Positions 44,329 through 52,608 of a DNA stretch of 64,000 nucleotides are shown here, piece after piece. Source of the DNA: Patescibacteria group bacterium (GTDB lineage Bacteria; Patescibacteriota; UBA1384; XYA2-FULL-43-10; 1-14-0-10-43-13); assembly GCA_041674765.1 (NCBI GenBank), contig JBAYVE010000003.1, forward strand, positions 66,040 to 130,039, given 5' to 3'. Every line of letters begins with the position of its first letter. The stretch's first letter is position 1. The notes under the pieces are model-generated. The model was not told the origin of the DNA. It saw only the letters and a program-made list of their open reading frames with translations, and did not search any database. Made by a program: the position numbers and the translations under genes.

Positions 44329-44484
44329 TTATTTGGCTGCACCAATTTTAAACATCTTTGTGCCGCACGCTGGACAAGTACCAGACTGAGCTGGTTTGCC
44401 GTTCTTCATGGTAACTTGCTGTGGCTCAACCATTTCCTGCTTTGCCTTGCATTTTACACAATAACCTACTACTGCATCTGCCAT
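44329..44484 (-). CDS. Small Zn-ribbon protein, DUF5679-like (51 aa, below ORF-track cutoff)
   Basis: MADAVVGYCVKCKAKQEMVEPQQVTMKNGKPAQSGTCPACGTKMFKIGAAK; SD AAGGAGGTGA; terminator follows. Confidence 0.88.
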   Translation of the reverse strand: MADAVVGYCVKCKAKQEMVEPQQVTMKNGKPAQSGTCPACGTKMFKIGAAK

Positions 44485-44821
44485 TTTTATTCACCTCCTT
44501 CCTTATTTTCGACCCGCTGACATTTTATAAACTCAATGAGCTTAAAAAATCATTTCCGGGTTATTTATATAACATATCAATTTTATTCGTGTTTACTCGT
44601 GGCTGTCAAGGAACCCGCACATGAATTGATATTATCTTGGCAATATTATAAGCAAAAGTAATTTTTCTCCAGATCCAGAGTAAACAATTCAGCCCCAATC
44701 AAATTGACAAGTTCACCTTTCCTTTTTTTACTTCTGGCAGTTATCCCCAGCGAACGTACAAAAATAGACCGTTTGAATGGTCTATTTTAAGCAAATTTCT
44801 CTGTAGATTAACTATAGGATA

Positions 44822-45331
44822 CTAATTCTCTGGAGTCGTGGCATTAGTATTATCATTAGTATTTGTATTAATTTCAGCATCCGACTCAGCATCCGACCGG
44901 TCAGTAAAGCCAACAATCTCGGCAAGTTCGCTCATTTTTCGCTCTCCACTATATTTCTGACCCTTATAGACCCAGGTCGGATATCCGTCAATTCCCTGCG
45001 CAGTACACTCATCGGGGTTAGCATTTTGGCCTTTCGGGTCACATTCAACATAATCCAAATATTTAGCAGCGTCACCGAACATTTTCTTTTGGGAGTTACA
45101 ATGCGAACACCAGTATGCACCATACATTACCATTCCTTCTGAATTCAGGAATTTCGCAAGTTTCTCCACATACGCATCATCATACTGCTGGTCATTGTTT
45201 GTAATTTCAATTTCGCTATCATCGTTATTCTCAGTCTTGGCGGAGTTTTTGCCGGCAGCGTAAATTAAACCCCCGGCTATCACGATAACTACGATCACAA
45301 TTGATAAAAATGTCTTGGTGTTACTGTTCAT
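44822..45331 (-). CDS. Membrane-anchored thioredoxin-like protein
   Basis: N-terminal TM; MYGAYWCSHC..QK..FG, YVEC, GYPTW (similar to VKOR-associated Trx domains). Confidence 0.85.
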   Translation of the reverse strand: MNSNTKTFLSIVIVVIVIAGGLIYAAGKNSAKTENNDDSEIEITNNDQQYDDAYVEKLAKFLNSEGMVMYGAYWCSHCNSQKKMFGDAAKYLDYVECDPKGQNANPDECTAQGIDGYPTWVYKGQKYSGERKMSELAEIVGFTDRSDAESDAEINTNTNDNTNATTPEN

Positions 45332-45385
45332 ATAACCTTCACTTAATACTAACTCTAACCATAGTATTGTAAGAGTATGTATTTG

Positions 45386-45844
45386 TCAAAACCTTCCGGA
45401 CAAAAGAATCTCTGCGGGTGCTTCACCGTCATTTTGTCCCTCTGTGATATGTATTTCTGTATGTTTACCAATCTGATTATCCAGTCTAAAGGTTTTTGTA
45501 TAAAAAGTACCGCTTGGCCGAAGATTCTCCTTCAATAGTGTATATGCATCATCAATCTCTAGCCAGCACTCATATTGATGCTCATCTTTCACATTCTCAA
45601 TCTTTGCGATCACAACTAACATCGCCTGATTGTCTTCTTCAATATATTTAGCAAGACCAAAATATGTATTATTTTTTATCCCATACAAATATGTTCCCCT
45701 AACATCATCACCGGTTATGTCCTCGCTCGCTACAGAAAGAACCTGCTTATTCAAATCCGAATTTCTAGAACGAAAAAGAAAATTTAGGGTTAACGAAAAT
45801 AACATCAAGAATACGAATGGAAGAATAACTTTAAATGTTTTCAT
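45386..45844 (-). CDS. Membrane-anchored hypothetical protein (possibly anti-sigma RskA-like C-domain)
   Basis: MKTFKVILPF TM; YECWL...ITE...P.EILLSGRF; start at ATG 45844. Confidence 0.6.
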   Translation of the reverse strand: MKTFKVILPFVFLMLFSLTLNFLFRSRNSDLNKQVLSVASEDITGDDVRGTYLYGIKNNTYFGLAKYIEEDNQAMLVVIAKIENVKDEHQYECWLEIDDAYTLLKENLRPSGTFYTKTFRLDNQIGKHTEIHITEGQNDGEAPAEILLSGRF

Positions 45845-46017
45845 TTTTTGTTTCTTTGAAATTGCCGCCACCAGTTTGACCAGTACCTCTTGTTGAAAGG
45901 CCAAAGATTCACCCTAAACTTTAGACGTCTTCTTTCCGCCAAGTGTTCCCTCATACGTCTATCTCCAGCTGGCTTTGAGCGATATATAGAAAGTTTCTTC
46001 TCGGCAGTTTTTTTCAT
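45841..46017 (-). CDS. Unannotated 58-aa basic, Trp-rich small protein
   Basis: MKKTAEKKLSIYRSKPAGDRRMREHLAERRRLKFRVNLWPFNKRYWSNWWRQFQRNKK; TAATG overlap upstream and ATGA overlap downstream. Confidence 0.7.
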   Translation of the reverse strand: MKKTAEKKLSIYRSKPAGDRRMREHLAERRRLKFRVNLWPFNKRYWSNWWRQFQRNKK

Positions 46018-46502
46018 TATTCAGCTCTATTTTCAAAATATTTCCTAACAACTTGTGGCAACATCGTTTTGAGTTTCTCGCCAGTTCTGGTTTCTTCTTT
46101 GACCAAGTCCATTGCCAGCTCTCGGGTCGCAGGTTCATCGGCGATCTCTGCTGCTGTGGCTATGGCTTCGTAAGTAGCCATTTCTAAGTGTTCGGTTGCA
46201 TGTTCTGCAATCGCATTTTTTACTATTTTGTCTTTAAAGAGATCTGAGCCCATCCCGGTCATCATTCCCATTGCTTCGGCCAATCCGCTCTTCACACTAG
46301 AGACCTCATCTCCTAATCTCTCAACTTCCATTTTGACCCTGTCTGCCTGATCCTTAGTCTCTTCGATATGTTGTTCAATCATTTCCTGCATTTCTGGCAT
46401 GCTATCGAAATCTTTGGCATGGGCTTCTAGCGTCTGCACTATCTGTTGTTCCATTGCGTAGGCATTTTTCAGCCACTCTATTAAAATCTCCTTGGGTTCC
46501 AT
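46017..46502 (-). CDS. Ferritin-like DUF892 (YciE/YciF family) protein
   Basis: WLKNAYAMEQQ, HIEET..Q, EHLEMATY, EE; SD AAGGAAGGA. Confidence 0.9.
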   Translation of the reverse strand: MEPKEILIEWLKNAYAMEQQIVQTLEAHAKDFDSMPEMQEMIEQHIEETKDQADRVKMEVERLGDEVSSVKSGLAEAMGMMTGMGSDLFKDKIVKNAIAEHATEHLEMATYEAIATAAEIADEPATRELAMDLVKEETRTGEKLKTMLPQVVRKYFENRAE

Positions 46503-46579
46503 AAATTCCTTCCTTTACTTAATTATGCAAATCATAAGTCTATGGGATGCTGTTTCCAATGGATTTTTGACCAAAAACC

Positions 46580-46603
46580 AAGGGCCGGCATATGCCGGCC
46601 CTT
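46580..46603 (-). terminator. Hairpin terminator
   Basis: Perfect AAGGGCCGGC-ATAT-GCCGGCCCTT then GGTTTTT on minus strand. Confidence 0.65.
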
Positions 46604-46612
46604 ACTCAATAG

Positions 46613-47116
46613 CTATCTAATACTTAACGAAACATCTCCGGAGACTACATCTCCGACAACAGTATTGAGTGACACTGTATTGTTCCCTGTATCGACTGTG
46701 ATATCGACGGTTTGAGTTGAAGATAGATTGCTTACTATCTCACGATATAAGTCATCGCTTACATTGATGACCACGCGGTTAACGGAGAAAGGACCGGTAT
46801 TTGAGTTTCTAATCATAAACATATTGTACGGCTGATCAACATTTACGATCATCACTCTGCGGGCGATACCGATATTTCCTAATCCATTAATATCAAACGA
46901 TATCGGCATGGTGTAGAGTCTTTGCTGATAAAGAAACATCTGATCTAAATAATAAGTGGATTGTCTCTGTAGAAACATCGATGAATAGGCGTTTCTGTAA
47001 ATATTATCACCGTTATAGAAATCCATATTGTAGCTAGCGTTAGCAGTTGGAGCTGATAATGCCAAACTTCCGGCGAGAAGCAATCCAAATAATGATGCTG
47101 CAATTATCTTTTTCAT
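46613..47116 (-). CDS. Secreted hypothetical protein
   Basis: Sec signal MKKIIAASLFGLLLAGSLALSAPTANA; C-terminal NTGPFS.N / DTGNN / SGDV motifs; SD AAGGAGGTGA. Confidence 0.75.
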   Translation of the reverse strand: MKKIIAASLFGLLLAGSLALSAPTANASYNMDFYNGDNIYRNAYSSMFLQRQSTYYLDQMFLYQQRLYTMPISFDINGLGNIGIARRVMIVNVDQPYNMFMIRNSNTGPFSVNRVVINVSDDLYREIVSNLSSTQTVDITVDTGNNTVSLNTVVGDVVSGDVSLSIR

Positions 47117-47277
47117 TTTTCTCACCTCCTTCATAAAGATATTATAAGGAGGTGAAATGAAAATTTATTTTGACAAAAGATAAAAATAAAAAGTTTATTC
47201 TTTAAAGGCATTCCCCATTTTTGAGGTTGCACAAATTAAAAGATCTATCAGAATTGCTCGATCCTTTGCAACTTTGT

Positions 47278-49551
47278 CTACTTATCCATAGAGCTATTTT
47301 CCGGCCATCCTGCAATCATAATCGATTCAGCCAGCGGCGTGATAGCTTTGAGTTCCTGCCAAACTGCCTCCGTCACAAATGGAATAAAAGGGTGAAGCAA
47401 AATCAAAGATTCAGACAAAATCTTGATCAATATTTTCTTGGTATTTTCTGATATTTCAGTTGACTTGTCTATTTCTACTACAATAGTGTCATCCTCGGGC
47501 CTGACCCGGGGATCCAATTCCTTGTCATCCTGAGGCACCGAAGGATCTCCTTGCGTCTGAGTTTTCGCACTTTCGATATAAACATCGCAAAATTGATGCC
47601 AGAAATATTCATACAATTCCTCACCCGCTCCAGAGAATTGATATTTATCCAATTTTGAAGTGACTGATTTAATAATTTCTGAATGCTTTTTAAGTATCTC
47701 CCGATCAGCCTTGGTCAGTGCTTTCTCGTCGACATTCAAATCACCAATTTTCTCCTGACCGATTTCGCCCGATTGCAAATCACCGTCTGTCACTCGAAGC
47801 ATTACAAATCGAGAAGCATTCCAAATTTTATTCGAAAAATTACGATAACCCTTTATTTTGGATTCGCCAACAGCAAGGTCCTGTCCGGGCGATGAGCCGA
47901 CAACCAAAGCCATACGGAGCGCATCTGTGCCGTATTTTGGGATAATGTCCAATGGATCAAGCACATTACCCAAAGATTTGCTCATCTTGCGATTGTGCTC
48001 GTCCCGGACAAGGCCATGAAAGTAAACAGTTTCAAATGGAACTTTATCTGTGAATTCGAGACCAAAAGCGGCCATCCGGGCAACCCAGAAAGGCAAAATG
48101 TCATAACCTGTTTCCATAACAGCTGTCGGATAGAAATAATCATAATCTTTGCTTTTGTCTGGCCAGCCCAGGGTAGAAAACGGCCACAACGCCGAAGAAA
48201 ACCAAGTATCGAGCACGTCAAAATCCTGTGTCCAGCCCTCGCCATCGGGTGCTTCCATTCCACAATAAATCTCTTCCCCCCTGTACCATACGGGAATTTG
48301 ATGTCCCCACCAGATTTGACGGGAAATGCACCAATCACGGATATTTTCCATCCAGTTGATATACATTTTTTTAAAACGGTCAGGTATGATATCCATCTCG
48401 CCTTTTTCAACAACATCCTTTGCTCTCCCGGCCATCTCCTTCATCTTCACAAACCACTGTTTTGAAGGAATAGGCTCAATCGTTCCACCGCAACGGTAGC
48501 AAGTAGGCAAGCTGTTATCATACTCATCAACGTGATCGATTAGTCCCATTTTCTCCATATCTTCGACAATCGCTTCTCTAGCTTGCGCCGTGGTCATACC
48601 GGCATACTTACCTGTATTTGGCATCATACGGCCATTTTCATCAATTATCTGCTTCATCGGCAGATCATTGCGCTGTGCAATTTCATAATCGGTAAAACTG
48701 TGAGCTGGAGTAACTTTGACCGCGCCACTGCCGAATGACGGATCTACAGCATTATCAGCAACAACGATGATCTCAAATTCGCCAAGAACCCCTGGAATCA
48801 TATATTTTTTGCCTACCATATCGAAATAACGGTCATCCTTGGGACTTACAGCCACGGCAGTATCACCCAGTTTTGTTTCAGGCCGGGTAGTTGCCAAAAT
48901 AAACGGACCGTATTTAATCCAATAAAGTTTAGATTTTTGCTCTTTGTATTCTACTTCATCATCAGCAATCGCCGTGTGGCAACGTGGGCACCAATTTACC
49001 ACTCGAAGACCCTGATAAATTTGCCCTTTGTTATATAGATCGACAAATGCAGTTCGAACGGCTTTATTTAGACCCTCGTCAAGAGTAAATCTTTCACGCG
49101 ACCAATCGCACGAAGCGCCCATCCGCCGTAATTGCCGCGTAATAGTGCCGCCATATTCCTCTTTCCATTTCCAGACTTCGGCAATAAATTTCTCCCGGCC
49201 AAGTTCGCGTTTATCAATCCCCTTTTTCTTCAGCATTTTATCAACAACCGTTTGAGTTGCGATGCCGGCATGATCTGTACCCGGCAACCAAAGAGTTGGC
49301 TCGCCCTTAAGCCGATGATAACGGGTCATAATATCTTGCAAAGTTACAAACAAAGAGTGGCCAACGTGAAGTTTACCAGTCACGTTTGGCGGCGGCATTG
49401 AAATCACAAATGGCTTGCCGTCGATTTTACGGTCATATTTCGGATTACCACCCATATTGATCTCCGGCCGGAAATAACCGGAGTTTTCCCAGCTGTCGTA
49501 GATCTTTTCCTCAAACTCTTCGTGGTTGTAGGCTTTGGCAATTTGTTTCAT
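47278..49551 (-). CDS. valS: Valine--tRNA ligase
   Basis: PPPNVTGKLHVGH, GTDHAGIATQ, DWCISRQIWWGH, KMSKS; lacks C-terminal coiled coil. Confidence 0.98.
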   Translation of the reverse strand: MKQIAKAYNHEEFEEKIYDSWENSGYFRPEINMGGNPKYDRKIDGKPFVISMPPPNVTGKLHVGHSLFVTLQDIMTRYHRLKGEPTLWLPGTDHAGIATQTVVDKMLKKKGIDKRELGREKFIAEVWKWKEEYGGTITRQLRRMGASCDWSRERFTLDEGLNKAVRTAFVDLYNKGQIYQGLRVVNWCPRCHTAIADDEVEYKEQKSKLYWIKYGPFILATTRPETKLGDTAVAVSPKDDRYFDMVGKKYMIPGVLGEFEIIVVADNAVDPSFGSGAVKVTPAHSFTDYEIAQRNDLPMKQIIDENGRMMPNTGKYAGMTTAQAREAIVEDMEKMGLIDHVDEYDNSLPTCYRCGGTIEPIPSKQWFVKMKEMAGRAKDVVEKGEMDIIPDRFKKMYINWMENIRDWCISRQIWWGHQIPVWYRGEEIYCGMEAPDGEGWTQDFDVLDTWFSSALWPFSTLGWPDKSKDYDYFYPTAVMETGYDILPFWVARMAAFGLEFTDKVPFETVYFHGLVRDEHNRKMSKSLGNVLDPLDIIPKYGTDALRMALVVGSSPGQDLAVGESKIKGYRNFSNKIWNASRFVMLRVTDGDLQSGEIGQEKIGDLNVDEKALTKADREILKKHSEIIKSVTSKLDKYQFSGAGEELYEYFWHQFCDVYIESAKTQTQGDPSVPQDDKELDPRVRPEDDTIVVEIDKSTEISENTKKILIKILSESLILLHPFIPFVTEAVWQELKAITPLAESIMIAGWPENSSMDK
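47487..47548. repeat. Two tandem REP/RPE-like palindromic units inserted in frame in valS
   Basis: TGTCATCCTCGGGCCTGACCCGGGGATCCA and TGTCATCCTGAGGCACCGAAGGATCT. Confidence 0.7.
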
Positions 49552-49619
49552 AGATTTTTTATAACATAATGCATCTATTTTTTCTATATTAGGAGAGAGT
49601 TTTTGAAATTATTGATTGG

Positions 49620-49648
49620 TTGACTTGTGTCTGTTTTCAGGGTAGTAT
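49620..49648 (+). promoter_or_regulatory. Promoter of Gre-like gene
   Basis: TTGACT, 17 bp, TAGTAT. Confidence 0.6.
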
Positions 49649-49713
49649 ATCTCTCAAATCGATCGACTCCCCGAAAGCCGATCGGTGAACACCCAATAAG
49701 GAGCACACCCCCG

Positions 49714-50253
49714 ATGTATTTTGCTACCAGAAGGACGCTAACACGTTCTGGCCAGATCTTGAAAGAGATCACTCAACGGCGAGACGAAGCACGCCATGAA
49801 CTTTCCGGGGCGACCGGAGCCATCGAGGATCGCGAGATCCATCCCACCTCACTGGCCGTACTTGAGCAGAAAAACTCGGCAAATTATGATAGTTTAGTTG
49901 CCGAGGTCTTGGGCTCGATTGACATTCAGGTCATCGAAGACCAATTCGACATCGCAAAAGAACATATCGTACAAATCGGCTCCGAGGTTGTATTGGAGAT
50001 CAAAGGCGCAGGTCGACCAAACCCGCGTACAGCAACCTATCAAATCCTCGGGCCTGTAGAAGCTGCCCCGGATGCCGGTACGGTGATCTGTAGTACAAAC
50101 GTACTGGCGCGTGCTATCATCGACCATTGCGTAGGTGACGTAGTCGCCTACAACGGCGGAAATACGGCCAAGATCATCAGCACCAAGCGATGGTCTGGGC
50201 TTGAAAAACCCGTGCGTCGGCGGAAGCCCCGCCATGAAGCCAAAGCATCATAA
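49714..50253 (+). CDS. Divergent GreA/GreB-family protein
   Basis: N-terminal coiled coil, then VQIGSEVVL..TYQILGPVEA.P..G.I...LARAII....GD; SD AAGGAG; lacks DLSENAEY. Confidence 0.75.
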   Translation: MYFATRRTLTRSGQILKEITQRRDEARHELSGATGAIEDREIHPTSLAVLEQKNSANYDSLVAEVLGSIDIQVIEDQFDIAKEHIVQIGSEVVLEIKGAGRPNPRTATYQILGPVEAAPDAGTVICSTNVLARAIIDHCVGDVVAYNGGNTAKIISTKRWSGLEKPVRRRKPRHEAKAS

Positions 50254-50372
50254 TTGTGATGCACCCCCCTTTTTTTTACTCCCCGCTGTATCCGCCACCA
50301 GCTCTCCCGAGCTGATGGCGGTCTTTTTTATAAAAAAAAGACCCGCGACTACTCATGTGAGTAGAAGCGGGC

Positions 50373-51074
50373 CTAGCACTTTCCGGCCGCTGTGAGTTCG
50401 GCGAGCCGGAGATGAGCCCGATAAAGGATCTCATCGAAAATTTCATTGTACTTGGCAAGCAAGCACTTGGGGATAAACATTCGGCACTCGATAGCCATCC
50501 GGTAGAAATCCCCACCTTCGATAGTTTCTCGGAGCATCCGCAATTCTGCTTTTTCTGAGCCTCCGTGAGGACGGCGCAGATTGTGCAGCCGATCCAGTAG
50601 TTTGGCAAATGGTATCTGCCACATTTGCCTGAAGAAAAGCAGGAAATGCCTTTTCGACGCAGCCTCGATAATCTGATCGAAGTAGTGTCTTAAGTACAAA
50701 TCCCTTTCTTCGTCTGAGTTGAATTTTCCATGCTCCTCTTTGGTCAATGCCTTCACGCCGAAGGTGACAAGCGGGCCAAAGATGGGGCCGAATGACCTAG
50801 ACAGTTCACGTGCCTTTATCTTGCCATCCTCAAAAACATCATGAAGAACGCAGATCAACACTAGAAGAAAATTGTAGAAAAACTCCTTTGACATGTCAGA
50901 TACTGCCAAGAGATGTTCTACTTGAGGATGTCCAGACCGGTCAACTTTTCCTTTGAGCTGTGAGGTTGTGATATGAACAGCTAAGTGCTCCAATCCCAGA
51001 AAAAGCCAATTTGTTCCATGGAGATGCCGCTCCATGTATCTATCGGCGTTTACACCTAGGGGTACATGAATCAT
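50373..51074 (-). CDS. HD-domain protein (RelA/SpoT-hydrolase/Mesh1-like)
   Basis: DRSGHP...HLLAV, VLHDVFED, VKALTK, KLLDRLHNLR; SD AAGGAG. Confidence 0.8.
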   Translation of the reverse strand: MIHVPLGVNADRYMERHLHGTNWLFLGLEHLAVHITTSQLKGKVDRSGHPQVEHLLAVSDMSKEFFYNFLLVLICVLHDVFEDGKIKARELSRSFGPIFGPLVTFGVKALTKEEHGKFNSDEERDLYLRHYFDQIIEAASKRHFLLFFRQMWQIPFAKLLDRLHNLRRPHGGSEKAELRMLRETIEGGDFYRMAIECRMFIPKCLLAKYNEIFDEILYRAHLRLAELTAAGKC

Positions 51075-51112
51075 CGATCATCTCCTTTCGATTTTGTATG
51101 TGCTCGACCAAC

Positions 51113-51134
51113 AAAAAAGGGCCCCGAGGGGTCC
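51113..51134 (-). terminator. Attenuator terminator upstream of HD gene
   Basis: GGACCCC-TCG-GGGCCC hairpin + TTTTTTT. Confidence 0.65.
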
Positions 51135-51217
51135 TAGTAGTTGGTCGCGTGTTTTTGTGCGCAGAGATCTAGTTTCTTTGAAATAAAGTGCCAAAATTTT
51201 TGCCAAATCTTGCTCAT
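51134..51217 (-). CDS. Putative leaderless leader peptide (27 aa)
   Basis: MSKIWQKFWHFISKKLDLCAQKHATNY; ATG 7 nt after a TATTAT -10; stop abuts the terminator. Confidence 0.5.
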   Translation of the reverse strand: MSKIWQKFWHFISKKLDLCAQKHATNY

Positions 51218-51224
51218 TAAAATG

Positions 51225-51253
51225 ATAATAGAGCAAGCACTTGCCAGTGTCAA
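51225..51253 (-). promoter_or_regulatory. Promoter of leader peptide and HD gene
   Basis: TTGACA, 17 bp, TATTAT. Confidence 0.7.
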
Positions 51254-51740
51254 TACGCTATATAAAATAGATCTGGACCGGTGCTAACATTTTCCTACTG
51301 TGGATAACTTTATACAAAAATTAGCCAGCCCCGAAGCTGACTAATTTTCTGCTCATAGATATCTATTGTCTGCCTTAAGTCAGACACCGCCTGATTAGCG
51401 GTTTGCAGTCTTCCCGAATTTAGCGCGAGTACGAAAGTGCGCTAACTATTGTTTACCTTATATATATGATCGGAAAATATGTCTAAAGTTATTAGGAAAT
51501 TACTTTTTTTTGTAATAAGTTACAGAATCATTAGCATTTATACTCCATTCCTAAGCTTCAGCTTGCCATGCAAACGCGTGCAATATCTTAGGTTTGACAA
51601 CGAACAACCTGACGATCTAACCATAGGCTGGCGATGACACAAAATTATGACATTCGCTTTTCATTTTTTTTACCTCTCAATTCAGAAATCGCAGTTGGTA
51701 CGATACAATAAATTTGTTTTTTAACAAGTATTTATTCTTA

Positions 51741-51769
51741 TTGTCTTTTTAGAAATTCAGTAGTATGCT
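51741..51769 (+). promoter_or_regulatory. Promoter of ThiF operon
   Basis: TTGTCT, 17 bp, TATGCT. Confidence 0.55.
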
Positions 51770-51795
51770 TTTGTCATACAATTAAACAAATCAAA

Positions 51796-52608
51796 ATGCC
51801 AAAGCCAGATAAAGATGTCTTTCGGTTAGCGCATCATTCTCGCAATTTGGGCCTTCTGACCGAAGACAACCAAGACAAGATCAGCAATACCACATTGTTG
51901 ATTGCTGGCTGTGGTGTCGGTTCTCAAGTTGCTCTCTCGGCTGTCCGCATGGGATTTGAGAAATTTATCATTGTTGATGGCGACACAGTCGAGCTTTCAA
52001 ACAACAATCGGCAAGGTTACAGTTGGCGCGATGTCGGACGGACTAAAGTCGATGCACTAGCCAAAAAAATAAAATCCATAAATCCTCACGCTCATATTCG
52101 AAAATATCCTATTTTTATTGATGCCAAAAATGCTGAACGGATTTCCAAAAAGGCCGATATTATCATAGACACTATTGATCCAGATGCTGTGATTGCAGTT
52201 GTGGCGCTTCATCGATCTGCACAGAAGCACAAACAAACTATAATACAACCAACTGATGTTGGATGGGGCGCAATGGTTCAAATTTTCACTCCAGATTCTA
52301 TTTCATATGAAGAAATGATTGGGATGAATCCAAAGACTAGAATCGATAGAATTGATGAGAAAGAAGGCTTTGCTAAGTTTGTTGAATTTTTTATGAAATT
52401 GATGCCTACTTATGTACAGGAGTTAGCTCTTGATGTCGCCGAAGGCAGACGAGATCATTACCCTCAACCAGTCTCAGCTTCATATATACTTTCTGCCATG
52501 GCTATAATTGCAGCAAAACGTATAGCTTTGGGATTACCTATTAGAATCGCGCCGGAAGTGATCGACTTTGATCCCAATCTAATGTTTACGCCAGATGAAG
52601 AAAAATAA
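51796..52608 (+). CDS. ThiF/HesA/MoeB-family adenylyltransferase
   Basis: SRNLG...Q.KI, IAGCGVGS, IVDGDTVELSNNNRQ, K, DTID; no Zn CxxC motifs and no N-terminal RRE. Confidence 0.9.
   Translation: MPKPDKDVFRLAHHSRNLGLLTEDNQDKISNTTLLIAGCGVGSQVALSAVRMGFEKFIIVDGDTVELSNNNRQGYSWRDVGRTKVDALAKKIKSINPHAHIRKYPIFIDAKNAERISKKADIIIDTIDPDAVIAVVALHRSAQKHKQTIIQPTDVGWGAMVQIFTPDSISYEEMIGMNPKTRIDRIDEKEGFAKFVEFFMKLMPTYVQELALDVAEGRRDHYPQPVSASYILSAMAIIAAKRIALGLPIRIAPEVIDFDPNLMFTPDEEK

Noticed and set aside
44329-44484. Ribosomal protein L33
   Set aside because: Size and CxxC pairs are similar, but the L33 signature (NY.T.KN, KYCP) is missing; the DUF5679 pattern fits.
51400-51460. c-di-GMP-I or c-di-AMP riboswitch
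   Set aside because: Only a GGUAAAC fragment matches; the P2/P3 and ydaO consensus elements are absent.
51634-51711. 25-aa plus-strand ORF MTQNYDIRFSFFLPLNSEIAVGTIQ upstream of ThiF
   Set aside because: Weak SD, lies upstream of the predicted operon promoter and overlaps a better-supported minus-strand sORF.
51765-51785. MLLSYN* micro-ORF ending in Asn just before ThiF, resembling a microcin C precursor
   Set aside because: Its ATG lies inside the predicted -10 box (TATGCT), it has no SD, it has 6 rather than 7 residues, and the ThiF lacks the MccB N-terminal peptide clamp and Zn site.
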